A DNA stretch of 64,000 bases, taken from NCBI GenBank assembly GCA_963819945.1, contig CAWFYD010000001.1, positions 67,755 to 131,754 of the forward strand, given 5' to 3'. Numbering within the stretch: the first letter of the stretch is position 1; each line of letters begins with the position of its first letter. Position numbers and translations under genes: made by a program. Under the pieces are notes generated by a model. The model was not told the DNA's origin. It searched no databases and was given only the letters and a program-made list of their open reading frames with translations. The DNA is from an uncultured Acidimicrobiia bacterium. GTDB taxonomy: Bacteria > Actinomycetota > Acidimicrobiia > IMCC26256 > JAENVU01. Positions 10,594 to 20,896 of the stretch are shown piece after piece.

Positions 10594-11682
10594 TTGAACC
10601 TCCGGGCCAAGATCTCTGGAGTGGTAATCCTCACCGTCGTCGCGGCGCGGCCTGGTCCCGGCTGCGATCGCGCAGGGCTCTCCGCTGCAGGACAAGCAGG
10701 CGCAGGCCGCGCGGCTCGACGCGCAGATCCAGGCCAACGGGTCGCGCATCGTCACGCTCTCCGAGAAGCTGAACGGCGCCCGGATCCGGCTGCAGAAGGC
10801 GCAGGCCGGCATCGCCGAGTCCGAGCGCCGCACCGCCGAGGCCCAGGCCGAGACCGACCGGATCGATCACCTCCTCAACGCCCGCGCCGCCGAGATCTAC
10901 AAGGGCGCCGGCAGCAGCAACCCGCTCGAAGCCATCGACGTCAGCAACGTCACCGAGCTCGCGGCGCGCTCCAAGTACGCATCCGCCGCGGCCGACAAGG
11001 ACGACTCACTGCTCAACCAGCTGCAGAAGGCGCGCGAGCTCCTCGCCGCGCAGAAGGCCCAGCTCGAGCAGCAGAAGGCCGCGGCCGCCGCCGAGCAGTC
11101 CGCCGCCGACTCCGCCCGCCGCCAGCTGCAGTCGTCCAACTCGCAGCTCGCCGCACTCAAGGCCCAGGTGAAGGGTCAGATCCAGGCCCTGATCGACCAG
11201 GAGCGCGCGCGCCAGGCCGCCGCGCACGCGTGCTGCAGGCCGCGTCGGCCGCACGCCGCTACACCGGTGGCAGCTCCACCGCCCGGCGCAGCTCCATCCC
11301 GGTCAACTTCCCGAACGCCCCGGCCCCCAACTCCCGGGCGCAGATCGCGGTGAACTTCGCCAAGGCGCAGGTCGGCAAGGGCTACCGCTACGCCACCTCC
11401 GGCCCGGACACGTTCGACTGCTCCGGTCTCACTGCGGCGGCGTGGGGCGCGGCGGGTGTGGGTCTCGCCCACTACTCCGGTGCGCAGTACCAGCAGACGA
11501 TCCGCATCGGTCCCGGCGACCTCCAGCCGGGTGACCTCATGTTCTACGGACCGGGCGGATCGAACCACGTCGAGATCTACATCGGCGGCGGGATGGTCGT
11601 CTCGGCCTCCAACCCGGCGACGGGCGTGAAGGTGGCCGGGGTGCGGTACGGCACCGCGAGCGGCTACGGCCGCGTCGGCTAG
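10594..11682 (+). CDS. secreted NlpC/P60 peptidoglycan endopeptidase with long coiled-coil N-domain (RipA-like); frameshifted
   Basis: The start is TTG 10594, 7 nt after AGGGAG. A signal-like LNLRAKISGVVILTVVAA is followed by a coiled coil (LQDKQAQAARLDAQIQANG...QKAQLEQQKAAAAAEQ) read in another frame. The catalytic domain is YRYATSGPDTFDCSGLTAAAW...GSNHVEIYIGGG at the end of ORF 10003..11682. Confidence 0.85.
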   Translation: MNLRAKISGVVILTVVAARPGPGCDRAGLSAAGQAGAGRAARRADPGQRVAHRHALREAERRPDPAAEGAGRHRRVRAPHRRGPGRDRPDRSPPQRPRRRDLQGRRQQQPARSHRRQQRHRARGALQVRIRRGRQGRLTAQPAAEGARAPRRAEGPARAAEGRGRRRAVRRRLRPPPAAVVQLAARRTQGPGEGSDPGPDRPGARAPGRRARVLQAASAARRYTGGSSTARRSSIPVNFPNAPAPNSRAQIAVNFAKAQVGKGYRYATSGPDTFDCSGLTAAAWGAAGVGLAHYSGAQYQQTIRIGPGDLQPGDLMFYGPGGSNHVEIYIGGGMVVSASNPATGVKVAGVRYGTASGYGRVG

Positions 11683-11764
11683 CAGCCCGCCCGAACACCG
11701 ACACCACCCGCAGCGCCGCGTCGTACGCAGCGCGCACGCACGCGGCGTACGCGACCGATGCGAG

Positions 11765-12773
11765 CTACGGAATGACGAGCATCCCGAGCTCGGCTTCGAG
11801 CTGCGGCCGCGGCTTGGCCCCGAGCGACGAGCGCTCCAGCCGGCCGTTCCGGAACAACCCGATGAGCGGGATGCTCTGCACCTCGTACTCCTGCGCGAGC
11901 GCGGGCTCCTCGTCGATGTTCACCTTCACGACCTTGTACGCGCCGACGCGCATCGCGGCGATCTGCTCCACGATCGGACCGACCTGACGGCACGGGCCGC
12001 ACCACGGCGCCCAGAAGTCGACGATCACCGGCAGCGCGCTCTGCAGCACCTCGGTCGGGAACTCCGCGGTCGTCACCGACTTCACCAGACCCTCCGGCGG
12101 GTCGTCCGGGACCGACTCGCTCGGCTTCTCCCCCGCGTACACCGCGTCGATCCAGCGCCCGCGCGCGTTCGATGCTCTCCAACGCGACCTGGTGACCCAT
12201 CGGGTACTCCGCGTAGACGACCGGCACACCGTTCGCCTCGAGCACGCGCGCGAGCTGGCGGGCACGCGCCACCGGGACGAGCGGATCCTGGTCACCGTGC
12301 TCCACGAGCACCGGGAGCTCCTTGCCCGCGTCCCAGTCCGCGTCGATCACGTCGAGGCCGGGCAGCGCCGGGCTCATCGCCAGCACGCCGATCGGGCGCG
12401 GCCGGTCGCTCGATCGCAGCGCGAGGGCGAGCATCATCCCGGCGCCCTGCGAGAAGCCGGCCACCAGCGCCTGTGACCGCTCGAAGCCCTGCTCCTGGCA
12501 CGCCTCGTCGAGCAGATCGTCGAGCGCGTCCAGCGAGGTGTTGAACGCCTCCGGGTCGAACTCACCCTGGGGGCTCCACGAGTACCAGGCGAAGCCCGGG
12601 GTCCCCGCGGCCGCCTCCGGCCCCCGGGGCAGCACGACGGCGAACGTGCCCTCCGGGTCCAGGTACGGCAGCAGGCCACCGAGGTCTCGCTCATCGGCCC
12701 CGTAGCCATGGACCAGGAGCAGCAGCCGGGACGCATCGGAGCCACGTACGACGTTCGTCACGAGGGAGGTCAT
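11765..12773 (-). CDS. phospholipase/carboxylesterase-family alpha/beta hydrolase fused to a C-terminal thioredoxin domain; one frameshift near 12165
   Basis: The hydrolase is in ORF 11679..12773 (LLLVHGYGADE, GFSQGAGM, HGDQDPLVP, PMGHQV). The linker EKPSESVPDDPPEGL and the thioredoxin VIVDFWAPWCGPCRQV...LFRNG are in ORF 11765..12295. No stop separates them in either frame. Confidence 0.75.
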
Positions 12774-12813
12774 GCACGAAACGCCAGCCTACGCATCCGT
12801 CGCTACGTCCTGC

Positions 12814-13855
12814 ATGCGACTTGGGATCAACTTCGGCTACCAGGACTGGGGCACCGGCCTCGCGAACGCAGTGACGCTCGCGCAGGAGGCGGAGCGCTCT
12901 CGGCTACCACTCGGTGTGGACCGCGGAGGCCTACGGCACGGACGCGGTCACGCCGCTGACGTGGCTCATGGCCCACACCGAGAAGCTCAACTTCGGCTCG
13001 GCCATCCTCCAGATGCCGGCCCGCACCCCGGCGATGACCGCGATGACCGCGGCCACGCTGGATCTCATGAGTGGCGGGCGGTTCCTGCTCGGCCTCGGAC
13101 TCTCCGGGCCGCAGGTGGTCGAGGGCTGGCACGGCCAGCCGTACGGCAAGCCGCTCGGCCGCACCCGCGAGTACGTGGACATCGTCCGCACGATCCTGAA
13201 GCGCGAGGCACCGCTCGAGCATCACGGCAGCGAGTACCGCATCCCGTACGACGGTCCCGACGCGACCGGCCTCGGCAAGCCGCTGAAGATCATCGTGCAT
13301 CCGCGGCGCGCGGACATCCCGATCTACCTCGCGGCGATCGGCCCGAAGAACGTCGAGCTGTGCGCGGAGATCGCCGACGGATGGCTGCCGATCTTCTTCT
13401 CGCCGACCCGGCTCCGCGACACGTACGGCGCGGCACTCGACGCCGGCTTCGCCAAGGCCGGGCGGCAAGACGCTCGCCGACTTCGACGTCGCGCCGACCG
13501 TCAGCGTGATCGTGGGCGACGACGTCGAGATGCTGCGCGGCTTCGTCAAGCCGATGGCCGCGCTCTACATCGGCGGCATGGGCGCACGGGGGCGGAACTT
13601 CTACAACGACCTCGCGTGTCGCTACGGGTTCGAGGCCGAGGCCAAGAAGATCCAGGATCTCTACCTCGAAGGCAACAAGAAGGAAGCCATCGCCGCGGTG
13701 CCGGACGAGCTGGTCGACGAGATCGCGCTGATCGGCCCGAAGGAACGCATCGCGGACCGGCTCGGGGCCTGGAAGGAGAGCGGCATCACCACGATGATCG
13801 TGGGTGCGCAGCAGCCCGAGGCGCTCCAGGTCATGGCGGAGCTCGTGCTCTGTAG
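12814..13855 (+). CDS. LLM-class (luciferase-like) F420-dependent oxidoreductase; frameshifted
   Basis: [12 protein letters not shown] is in ORF 12772..13509. The core is in ORF 12914..13855 ([14 protein letters not shown]...[23 protein letters not shown]). The C-terminal part is in ORF 13506..13934 ([14 protein letters not shown]...). The true stop is either 13853..13855 or 13932..13934. Confidence 0.85.
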
Positions 13856-13915
13856 CGCATCGGCGCGCCGCGTGCGGGCCCGGCGACCGCGGCCTGGACT
13901 ACCGTCGCCGCCCGT

Positions 13916-14562
13916 ATGGCATTTCAGGCCGTGATCTTCGACCTCGGTGGCGTCGTGTTCCCCTCGCCGTTCGACGCGTTCGCCGCGTACGAACGAGACC
14001 ACGGGCTCCCGGATCGATTCATCCGGGGCGTCGTGGCCGCGAGCGCGGACCACGGCGCGTGGGCCCGGCTCGAACGGAGCGAGGTGACGTTCGACGAGTT
14101 CTGCGTCGCGTTCGCCCGCGAGTGCGCGGCGGCCGGTGGCACGGTCGACGCGGCCGAGCTGATGCGCGAGCATCAACCAGGGGTTCGCGGCCCGCCCGGC
14201 GATGATGGCCGCGATCGCCGCCATCCGCGCTCAGGGCCTGAAGGTCGGCGCGCTCACCAACAACTGGGCTCACACCGGCACCGCGGGCGACAACGAGCCG
14301 CACGCGCTCGGTCACCTCGGCGCGTTCGACGTCGTCGTGGAGTCTGCCGTCGAAGGCCTGCGCAAGCCCGACCCGCGCATCTACGAGCTCGCGTGCGCCC
14401 GCCTCGGCGTGACTCCGGCCGAAGCCGTGTTCCTCGACGACCTCGGCGTCAACCTCAAGCCGGCCCGCGCCCTCGGCATGACGACGATCAAGGTCGACGA
14501 TCCCGATCGTTGCGCTCGCCGAGCTCGCGACCGTCCTCGGCTTCGCGCTGGACGGCGACTGA
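13916..14562 (+). CDS. HAD-superfamily hydrolase (epoxide-hydrolase N-terminal-domain-like phosphatase); frameshifted
   Basis: Motif I, AVIFDLGGVV, is at the start of ORF 13916..15676. The motifs GALTNNW and KPDPRIYELA...FLDDLGVNLKPA are in ORF 14202..14966. The tail reads in a third frame to TGA 14560..14562. Confidence 0.8.
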
Positions 14563-15182
14563 TGGAGCTCGTGCTCGTGCGGCACGCCGAGCCGGTCCGC
14601 ATCGGGCCCGAGGAGTCCGGCGGCCTCGCCGTCGACCCGGAGCTGACCACGCGCGGCCTCGACCAGGCCGCCCGCCTCGGCGCGTGGCTGGCCGGCGAGC
14701 CGGTGCACCACGTCGTGAGCAGTCCGTTGCGGCGCGCGCTCGAGACTGCGCGCGCCGGTCGCGGCGGCGCATGGCCTCGCCGTGGAGACGATCGACGGGT
14801 TGCAGGAGTGGGACGCGGAGTCGGACCACTACATCCCGATGGAGGAGCTGCGCGAGAACAAGGACGATCGTTGGCAGGCGATGGTCGAAGGTCGGTGGGA
14901 GGACTACGGCGGCGAGAACCCGGACGGCTTCCGGGACCGGATCGTGCCGACGCTCGAACGCGGTGATCGAGGCGCACCCGGGTGAGACCGTCGTCGTCGT
15001 CTGCCACGGCGGGGTGATCAACGTGTACCTCGCGGCACTGCTCGGCCTCTCGCAGCACCTCTGGTTCGATCCGGCGTACACCTCGATCAGCCGGGTGCGC
15101 GCGCGCCCGTTCCGGCGCGCGCTCGCTCGCTTCGCTCAACGAGACCGCTCACCTCTACGCGACCCGGGAGCCGGCACCATGA
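14562..15182 (+). CDS. histidine phosphatase family protein (phosphoglycerate-mutase-like); frameshifted
   Basis: ATG 14562 overlaps the preceding stop (ATGA). The RHG-type motif LVLVRHAEP and the motif SSPLRRALETA are in ORF 14202..14966. The middle is in ORF 14782..14985. The motif VVVVCHGGVINVY is in ORF 13916..15676. Confidence 0.8.
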
Positions 15183-15937
15183 ACGTCACGACCACCACGG
15201 ACGGGCCGGTGCTCGTCGTCACCATCGACCGCCCCGAGGCGCGCAACGCGGTCGACGGACCCGACCGCCGCCGAGCTCGCCGACGCCTTCCGCGCGTTCG
15301 ACGCCGACGACGAGCTCGCGGTCGCGGTGCTCACCGGCGCGGGTGGCACGTTCTGCGCCGGCGCGGACCTCAAGGCCTTCGGCACCGAGCGGGGCAACCG
15401 CGGTCGCGGACGACGGCGACGGGCCGATGGGCCCGAGCCGGATGCTGCTCTGCGCAAGCCGGTGCTCGCGGCGGTCGAGGGGTACGCGGTGGCGGGCGGA
15501 CTCGAGCTCGCGGTCTGGTGCGACCTGCGGATCGCCGCCGACGACGCGGTGTTCGGCGTGTTCTGCCGCCGGTGGGGCGTGCCGCTCATCGACGGCGGGA
15601 CGGTGCGGCTTCCCCGGCTGATCGGGCAGTCCCACGCGCTGGACCTGATCCTCACCGGCCGCGGCGTCTCGGGTGAGGAGGCACTGCGGATGGGGCTGGC
15701 CAACCGCCTCACCGAGCCGGGCGAGGCGCTTGACGGACGGCGGTCGCGCTCGCCCACGAGCTCGCCGCGCTCCCGCAGACGTGCATGCGCATGGACCGGC
15801 TGTCGGCCTACGAGCAGTGGGAGCTCCCGTTCGACGCGGCGATGGACAACGAGCTCGTCCGCGGCCGGGTCTCGATGCGCGCCCCCGACCAGGCCGTCGG
15901 TCGCTTCGTGGCCGGCGAAGGTCGCCACGGAGCCTGA
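15179..15937 (+). CDS. enoyl-CoA hydratase/isomerase (crotonase) family protein; multiple frameshifts
   Basis: The ATG overlaps the preceding stop. The motifs VLVVTIDRPEARNA, LTGAGGTFCAGADLKAF, VLAAVEGYAVAGGLELAVWCDLRIA and GGTVRLPRLIG are spread over ORFs 13916..15676, 15327..16949, 15343..15621 and 15673..15990. Confidence 0.85.
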
Positions 15938-16028
15938 CCCCGGCCCGCCGCGGCCGCGGCGTCCACCTGCGCCACTCGGCGCTCCCGTAAACTCGTGGCG
16001 GACTTCAGCATCCGTCGAAGGGACCTCC

Positions 16029-17587
16029 ATGGCCGCGGCTGACACCGCCAAGACCCGCACGGTCGGCGACATCATGAGCACCCCCGTCATCGTCGCGTCG
16101 CCCGACGACAAGGTGGCCGAGGCGGCCGCCCGGATGCGCGAGCAGCGCGTCGGATCGGTCGTCGTGGTCGACGGCAGCCGGCCGTCGGGCATCCTCACCG
16201 AACGGGACCTGGTCCGCATCGCCGCCGCGGGCGCGGACACCGGGGCCGCGACGGTCCGGGACTGGATGACCGCGAACCCCGACTCGGTCGCGCCCGACGT
16301 CGACGCCGCCGACCGCGTTCGCCAGCCTCTCCGCAGCACGGGTACCGCCACATCCCGGTCGTCGACGACGACGAGGTCGTCGGCATCGTCTCGATGCGCG
16401 ACCTCATGCGCATCGCGCAGATCCAGCCGGCCGAGAACCTCGCCCACGAGATCCCCCGCGGGCCTCGAAGGCGTCGTCGTCGCCGAGACCGACGATCGGC
16501 GACGTGCGCGGGCTCGAAGGCTTCTACCACTACCGCCAGTACAACGCGGTCGAGCTCGCGGAGAAGCGCTCGCTCGAAGACGTCTGGTACCTCATGTTCG
16601 AGGGCGAGCTGCCGACGCGCCGCCGAAGCCGCGGCGTTCCGCGCGCGGGTCGCGCCGCTGCGCGAGATCCCGGCCGAGGTCAAGCGCGCACCTCCCCGAC
16701 ATCGCGCGGCTCGGGCGCAACGCGCCGCCGCTCGACATGCTGCGCACCACCGTCTCGCTCCTCGGCGCGCAACCTCGGCTTCCGGCCGTCGCTCGACATC
16801 GACGCCGCCGAGCTGCGGAGCCAGGCGCTGCAGGTGTGCGCGGTCGTCCCGACGCTGCTCACCGCGATCTACCGGCTGCAACACGACCTCGAGCCGATCG
16901 ATCCCGACCCCGACGCTCGCGTACGCGGCGAACTACCTGTACATGCTGAGCGGCGCGGTCCCGCCGCCGAGCACGCACGCGCGGTCGAGCAGTACCTGAT
17001 CTCGACGATCGACCACGGCTTCAACGCGTCGACCTTCACCGCCCGGGTGATCACCTCGACGGGCGCGGACCTCGCGGCCGCGGTCACCGGCGCCATCGGC
17101 GCGCTGTCCGGGCCGCTGCACGGCGGCGCGCCGAGCCGGGCGCTCGACATGCTCGACGCCATCGGCACCATCGACAACGCCGAGCCGTGGCTTCGCGACG
17201 CGGTCGAGCGCGGCGACCGGCTCATGGGCTTCGGCCACCGCGTGTACAAGACCGACGATCCCCGCTCGGTGATGCTGCGCGGCGTGGCCGAGCGAGCTCG
17301 GTGGCGACAACGTCGAGCTGGCCAAGCAGATCGAGCAGAAGGCGATCGAGGTGCTCGCCGAGCTCAAGCCCGGCCGCAAGCTCTACACGAACGTCGAGTT
17401 CTACGCCGGCATCGTGATGGACCGGGCCGGGCTGCCGCGTGAGATGTTCACGCCGACGTTCGCGTCGAGCCGGGTCATCGGCTGGTGCGCGCACATCCTC
17501 GAGCAGGCCGCCGACAACCGGCTGATCCGCCCGAGCGCGCGCTACGTCGGTCCGCCCCCGCCGCAGCCCGTCCCCGACCCCGAGTAG
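16029..17587 (+). CDS. CBS-pair domain fused to citrate synthase (type I / 2-methylcitrate-synthase-like); many frameshifts
   Basis: The CBS part reads VGDIMSTPVIVASPDDKVAEAAARMREQRVGSVVVVD...ILTERDLV...HIPVVDDDEVVGIVSMRDLM. It is followed directly by the citrate synthase part GLEGVVVAET..GDVRGLEGFYHYRQYNAVELAE...STIDHGFNASTF...LSGPLHGGA...MGFGHRVYKTDDPR...NVEFYAG. These lie across ORFs 15327..16949, 16394..16999, 16504..17442, 17187..17417 and 17351..17587. Confidence 0.8.
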
Positions 17588-17607
17588 CCGGTCGACGACC
17601 GCCGGCG

Positions 17608-18016
17608 CTAGTTCGGGCGAGGCGGACTGCAGGACCCAGATCGGCAGGGTCCGCCGGTGCTCGCGCGCGACGTAGAGGCGCACCTCCACCGAGCCGAACT
17701 TCTCGACCGGCACGTTGCGCAGGTCGAACGTGATCGGGACGTTGAGGTTCTCGTTGATCATCAGCTCGGTCGCGCCGAGCTGGATCTCGCCGGCGATCTC
17801 GGCGAGCTGCTGCCCGTCCTCGTCCACCACGACGACGTGCACCTCGTGCAGCCGCTCGGCTTCCACCCGGTCGAGCTCGAGGACCGTGGCGAGGTAGACC
17901 CCGAGCGGCGCGGGCAGCTGGTCGCGGTAGCAGCGGGTGACACCACCCGAGGCGACGAAGAGCAGGCCTTCACGCACCTGGGCGAAGTCGGCGAGCAGTG
18001 CGGTGGTTACTTCCAT
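17608..18016 (-). CDS. hypothetical small protein (conserved-looking, no function recognised)
   Basis: The N-terminal about 135 aa of ORF 17222..18016 (MEVTTALLADFAQVREGLLFVASGGVTRCY...VEVRLYV) look like real protein. The rest of the ORF is antisense to the citrate synthase gene, so the 3-prime end is approximate. Confidence 0.5.
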
Positions 18017-18156
18017 CGCGCGCGCGCAGCGTAGCGGACGGATCGCCGGGTCCCGACCGGCCGCGCGAGCCTGAACGCCGCGGGATCGCTCGGGAGCGGC
18101 TCAGGCGGTGCGCTCGAGCGAGAGCCGCTTGGGCGAGAGCCTCTTGAAGAACGCGC

Positions 18157-18891
18157 TCACCGCGGTGACCGGTGCGAGATGAGCAGCATCGCGAAGCCGA
18201 TCAGCACCATCAGGTCGCCGAGCAACGCGAATCCCCGGATGTCCGAGCCGGTGAACGGCAGGGTGCCCGACGCGGCCTTGGCCGCGCTCGTGCGTCCCCG
18301 GGTCCGAGACCGACACCAGCCGCGCCGACGATTCCCGGTGATCCGACCGGCGGCCCACCGCCGGGATCGACCGGCACGCGTCGGTGGCACGTACGGACCG
18401 CTGGTCGTGGTCGGCTTCGACGTGGAGGTGTCGGCTTCGACGTCGACGTGGTGGGCTTGGTGGTGGGAACCGTGGTCGGGGTCGATTGGCACGGCGACTT
18501 CGGGATCGGCACCGTGCCCTTGCGCCGTGCCGGCGATGACCGTCGCGTTGTGCGCAGGCGTCGACCGTGACGACGTGAGGTGCACGAGCGTGCCCATGCC
18601 CGGATCGATGACGTCCTGGCGGGTCGTACGTGATCTTGGTCGCGAAGGCGTCCACGACGATGCACCGTCTGCGGGCTCGACGACGTGTTCTTGATGTTCA
18701 GTCGCGTATGGAGGGGCTGCGCCGTGACCGTCGCACATCAGCGAGTACACCCGGACGATGCAGCGGACCGATCTGCGTCTGAATTGCGGAGGACGCGCGG
18801 AGTCGGCGACGGCGACGAGGAACCGCCGAGCGCGAGCCGCGCCGACGACGGTGATCCCCACCACCATCAGCCTCGCCCAAAATCCGCGCAT
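18157..18891 (-). CDS. LPXTG-anchored cell-surface protein with Thr/Pro/Lys-rich stalk; frameshifted
   Basis: The C-terminal sorting signal is GTLPFTGS, a hydrophobic stretch (FALLGDLMVLIGFAMLLI) and a basic tail SHRSPR in ORF 18157..19182. The signal-like N-terminus is MRGFWARLMVVGITVVGAA. The stalk TTVPTTKPTTSTSKPTPP reads in ORF 18210..18665. Domain pieces are in ORF 18101..18655. Confidence 0.7.
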   Translation of the reverse strand: MRGFWARLMVVGITVVGAARARRFLVAVADSARPPQFRRRSVRCIVRVYSLMCDGHGAAPPYATEHQEHVVEPADGASSWTPSRPRSRTTRQDVIDPGMGTLVHLTSSRSTPAHNATVIAGTAQGHGADPEVAVPIDPDHGSHHQAHHVDVEADTSTSKPTTTSGPYVPPTRAGRSRRWAAGRITGNRRRGWCRSRTRGRTSAAKAASGTLPFTGSDIRGFALLGDLMVLIGFAMLLISHRSPR

Positions 18892-19030
18892 CACGTAGCC
18901 CCCGAGCGGGAATCCTATCGCGCGCTGCGTGGCCATGAAAAGGGCGGCATCCGGGCGCTCCGGGAATGGTCCGACCAGCCCATACGATCGGGTCTGCGCC
19001 GCCGTCGAGCGTCCCCGGCGGAAGGCACCC

Positions 19031-19746
19031 ATGGTCAAGATCCCAGAGCGGGCCCAGCGACTCTCCGCGACCGCCCGGATCCGGACCGCCGATGCCGTCG
19101 AACGGGCCCTGGACCGGGTCTTCGACGAGCCCTTCGACGTCCCGGACGCCGAGACCGCCACCCGCCTGCTCACCGGCCCCAATCGGCCGCTCTCCGAGCG
19201 CCCTGCTCCGCTTCATCGAGGGCCAGGCGCTGGTGAAGCTCGGGGCCCAGGTCGCCCGGCTGGCCAGCCGGTCACGGGCGGCCGCCGTCGCGGCCAGGGT
19301 CGCGGCGATCCCGGCGGCCGCCGAGGCCGGCACGGTCGCGGGGGCCGGCGGCGCCGCCGCGGGCGCGGCCGGCTCGGTCGGGACCGCGGCACTCGGCCGC
19401 GGCCGCCGTCACCGCGGCCACCCGGACGACGCGAACCGTGAGCCGGGGCCTGACCGACGTCCGGATCCTCGCCTCCTATCTCACGTCACGGGCCCGAGCG
19501 CAGCAGGTGGTGCTCGACAAGCCGCTGCTCCGCGCCCTGACCCTCTCGGCGTACACCGACCCCCGCCGGCACGTGGACTTCCGCCTCGCCGGACCCCGCG
19601 GGGCGTCGAGCGTCGCCGCCCGCTGGGCACGCGACACCGTCGACACGCCGTCGGAGACCCGGCGGCGCGACGACGTTGCGTCGTGGATTGCCGCCATCGA
19701 CCGGCTCGACCTCGCCGGCCTCGCCGCGCAGTGGGCGCGCTCCTAA
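19031..19746 (+). CDS. hypothetical protein; frameshifted
   Basis: MVKIPERAQRLSATARIRTADAVERALDRVFDEPFDVPDAE is in ORF 18929..19441. An Ala-rich middle is in ORF 18966..19850. The C-terminal part is in ORF 19438..19746 (LTDVRILASYLTSRARAQQVVLDKPLL...). Confidence 0.5.
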
Positions 19747-20772
19747 GGCGCTTGACGTTGTCGTCGTCGTCGAGCTCCCGGAGGAGCCGGCGCCGGACGT
19801 CGACGTGGTCGCGGACTTCGGCGGCTCGACGTGACCGCGTCCGCTCTTGACCACCCAGCGCCCGAACTTCGACGCCACCTTCACCTTCGCCTTGGCCATC
19901 AGGTTGAGCAGCTTGTCCTGCCCTTCCTTGCCGTTCTCGACGAGATCCCGACGGATCTCCTTCTTCACCGACTCGAACGGCAGCGCCTGCTGGACCGCTT
20001 CGGCCTTGATGACGTGGTAGCCGTACTGCGTCTTGACCGGCGCGGAGACCTGGCCGATCGGGAGCGCCGCGGCCGCGGCCGCGAACGTCGGGTCGATCTG
20101 CTGACCGTCGATGCAACCGAGCACGCCACCCTGCGCGCCGGACTGCTTGTCCGTCGACTGCTGCTGCGCGAGCTGCTGGAAGCTCGTGCCCGCCGCGAGC
20201 TGCGACTCGATCGCGTTCGCCTCGGCCTCCGTCGCCACGAGGATGTGCGAGATGAAGCGCCCCGACGCGCAGCTCGTGGCCAGCGACGTGGTGTAGCTCG
20301 CGAGCGCATCGGCATCCGTCGGAGGCTTCGTGTGCGTACGCACGTAGGCCGGGACGTTCGCGTACCGGTTGAGCAGCGACGTGCGGAACGACTTCGGGAA
20401 TGCGGCGACGATCGCCTGGCTGCCGAAGAACTGGTCGGCCCACTGGCCGGCCGCGACCCGGTCGTCCTTCGTGATCTTGGTGCCGTCCTGCTCCACGACG
20501 CCCCGGGCGACCTCGGTCTCGACGAGCGCGGTGAGCCAGGCGGCCTTGATCGTGGGCGGGAGCTTCCCGCCGCTCTGGGCGAGCTGGGTCTTGACCTGCG
20601 AGTTGCTCGCGATCGATGCGAGCTCACTGTCGATCGTGGACTGCGAGACATCCTTGCCGTTCACCGTGATCGCCGAGGCCGAGTCGGACGAGCACCCGGT
20701 GGCGAGCAGGGCGAGAATCGCGACGCCGGCGAGCGCGCGCGAGAGACGGTTCCGAAGCGAGGCATAGCGCAA
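19740..20772 (-). CDS. parvulin-type peptidyl-prolyl isomerase lipoprotein (PrsA/SurA-like)
   Basis: The lipobox is LALLATGCSS. The PpiC domain reads SHILVATEAEANAIESQLAAGTSFQQLAQQQSTD...GGVLGC...VKTQYGYHVIKA. It is followed by a Ser/Thr tail. ORF 19486..20772 runs on antisense into the previous gene, so the real stop is probably near 19745. Confidence 0.8.
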
Positions 20773-20896
20773 CAGTCAATCGCATCTGGGCGACGATCTG
20801 GCATCGGGCCACTCACAGCCGGGGCACAGCAACGATGCGCCGCCCCCGGACCGACCCGACCGGACCAGCGGCCGCCGCCAGCTCTCTACGGACGGA

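Noticed and set aside
18400-18450. Short tandem DNA repeats considered as a possible CRISPR or VNTR array.
   Set aside because: Only two or three short units are present, and they encode the Thr/Pro/Lys stalk of the LPXTG protein. No repeat-spacer periodicity was seen anywhere in the window.
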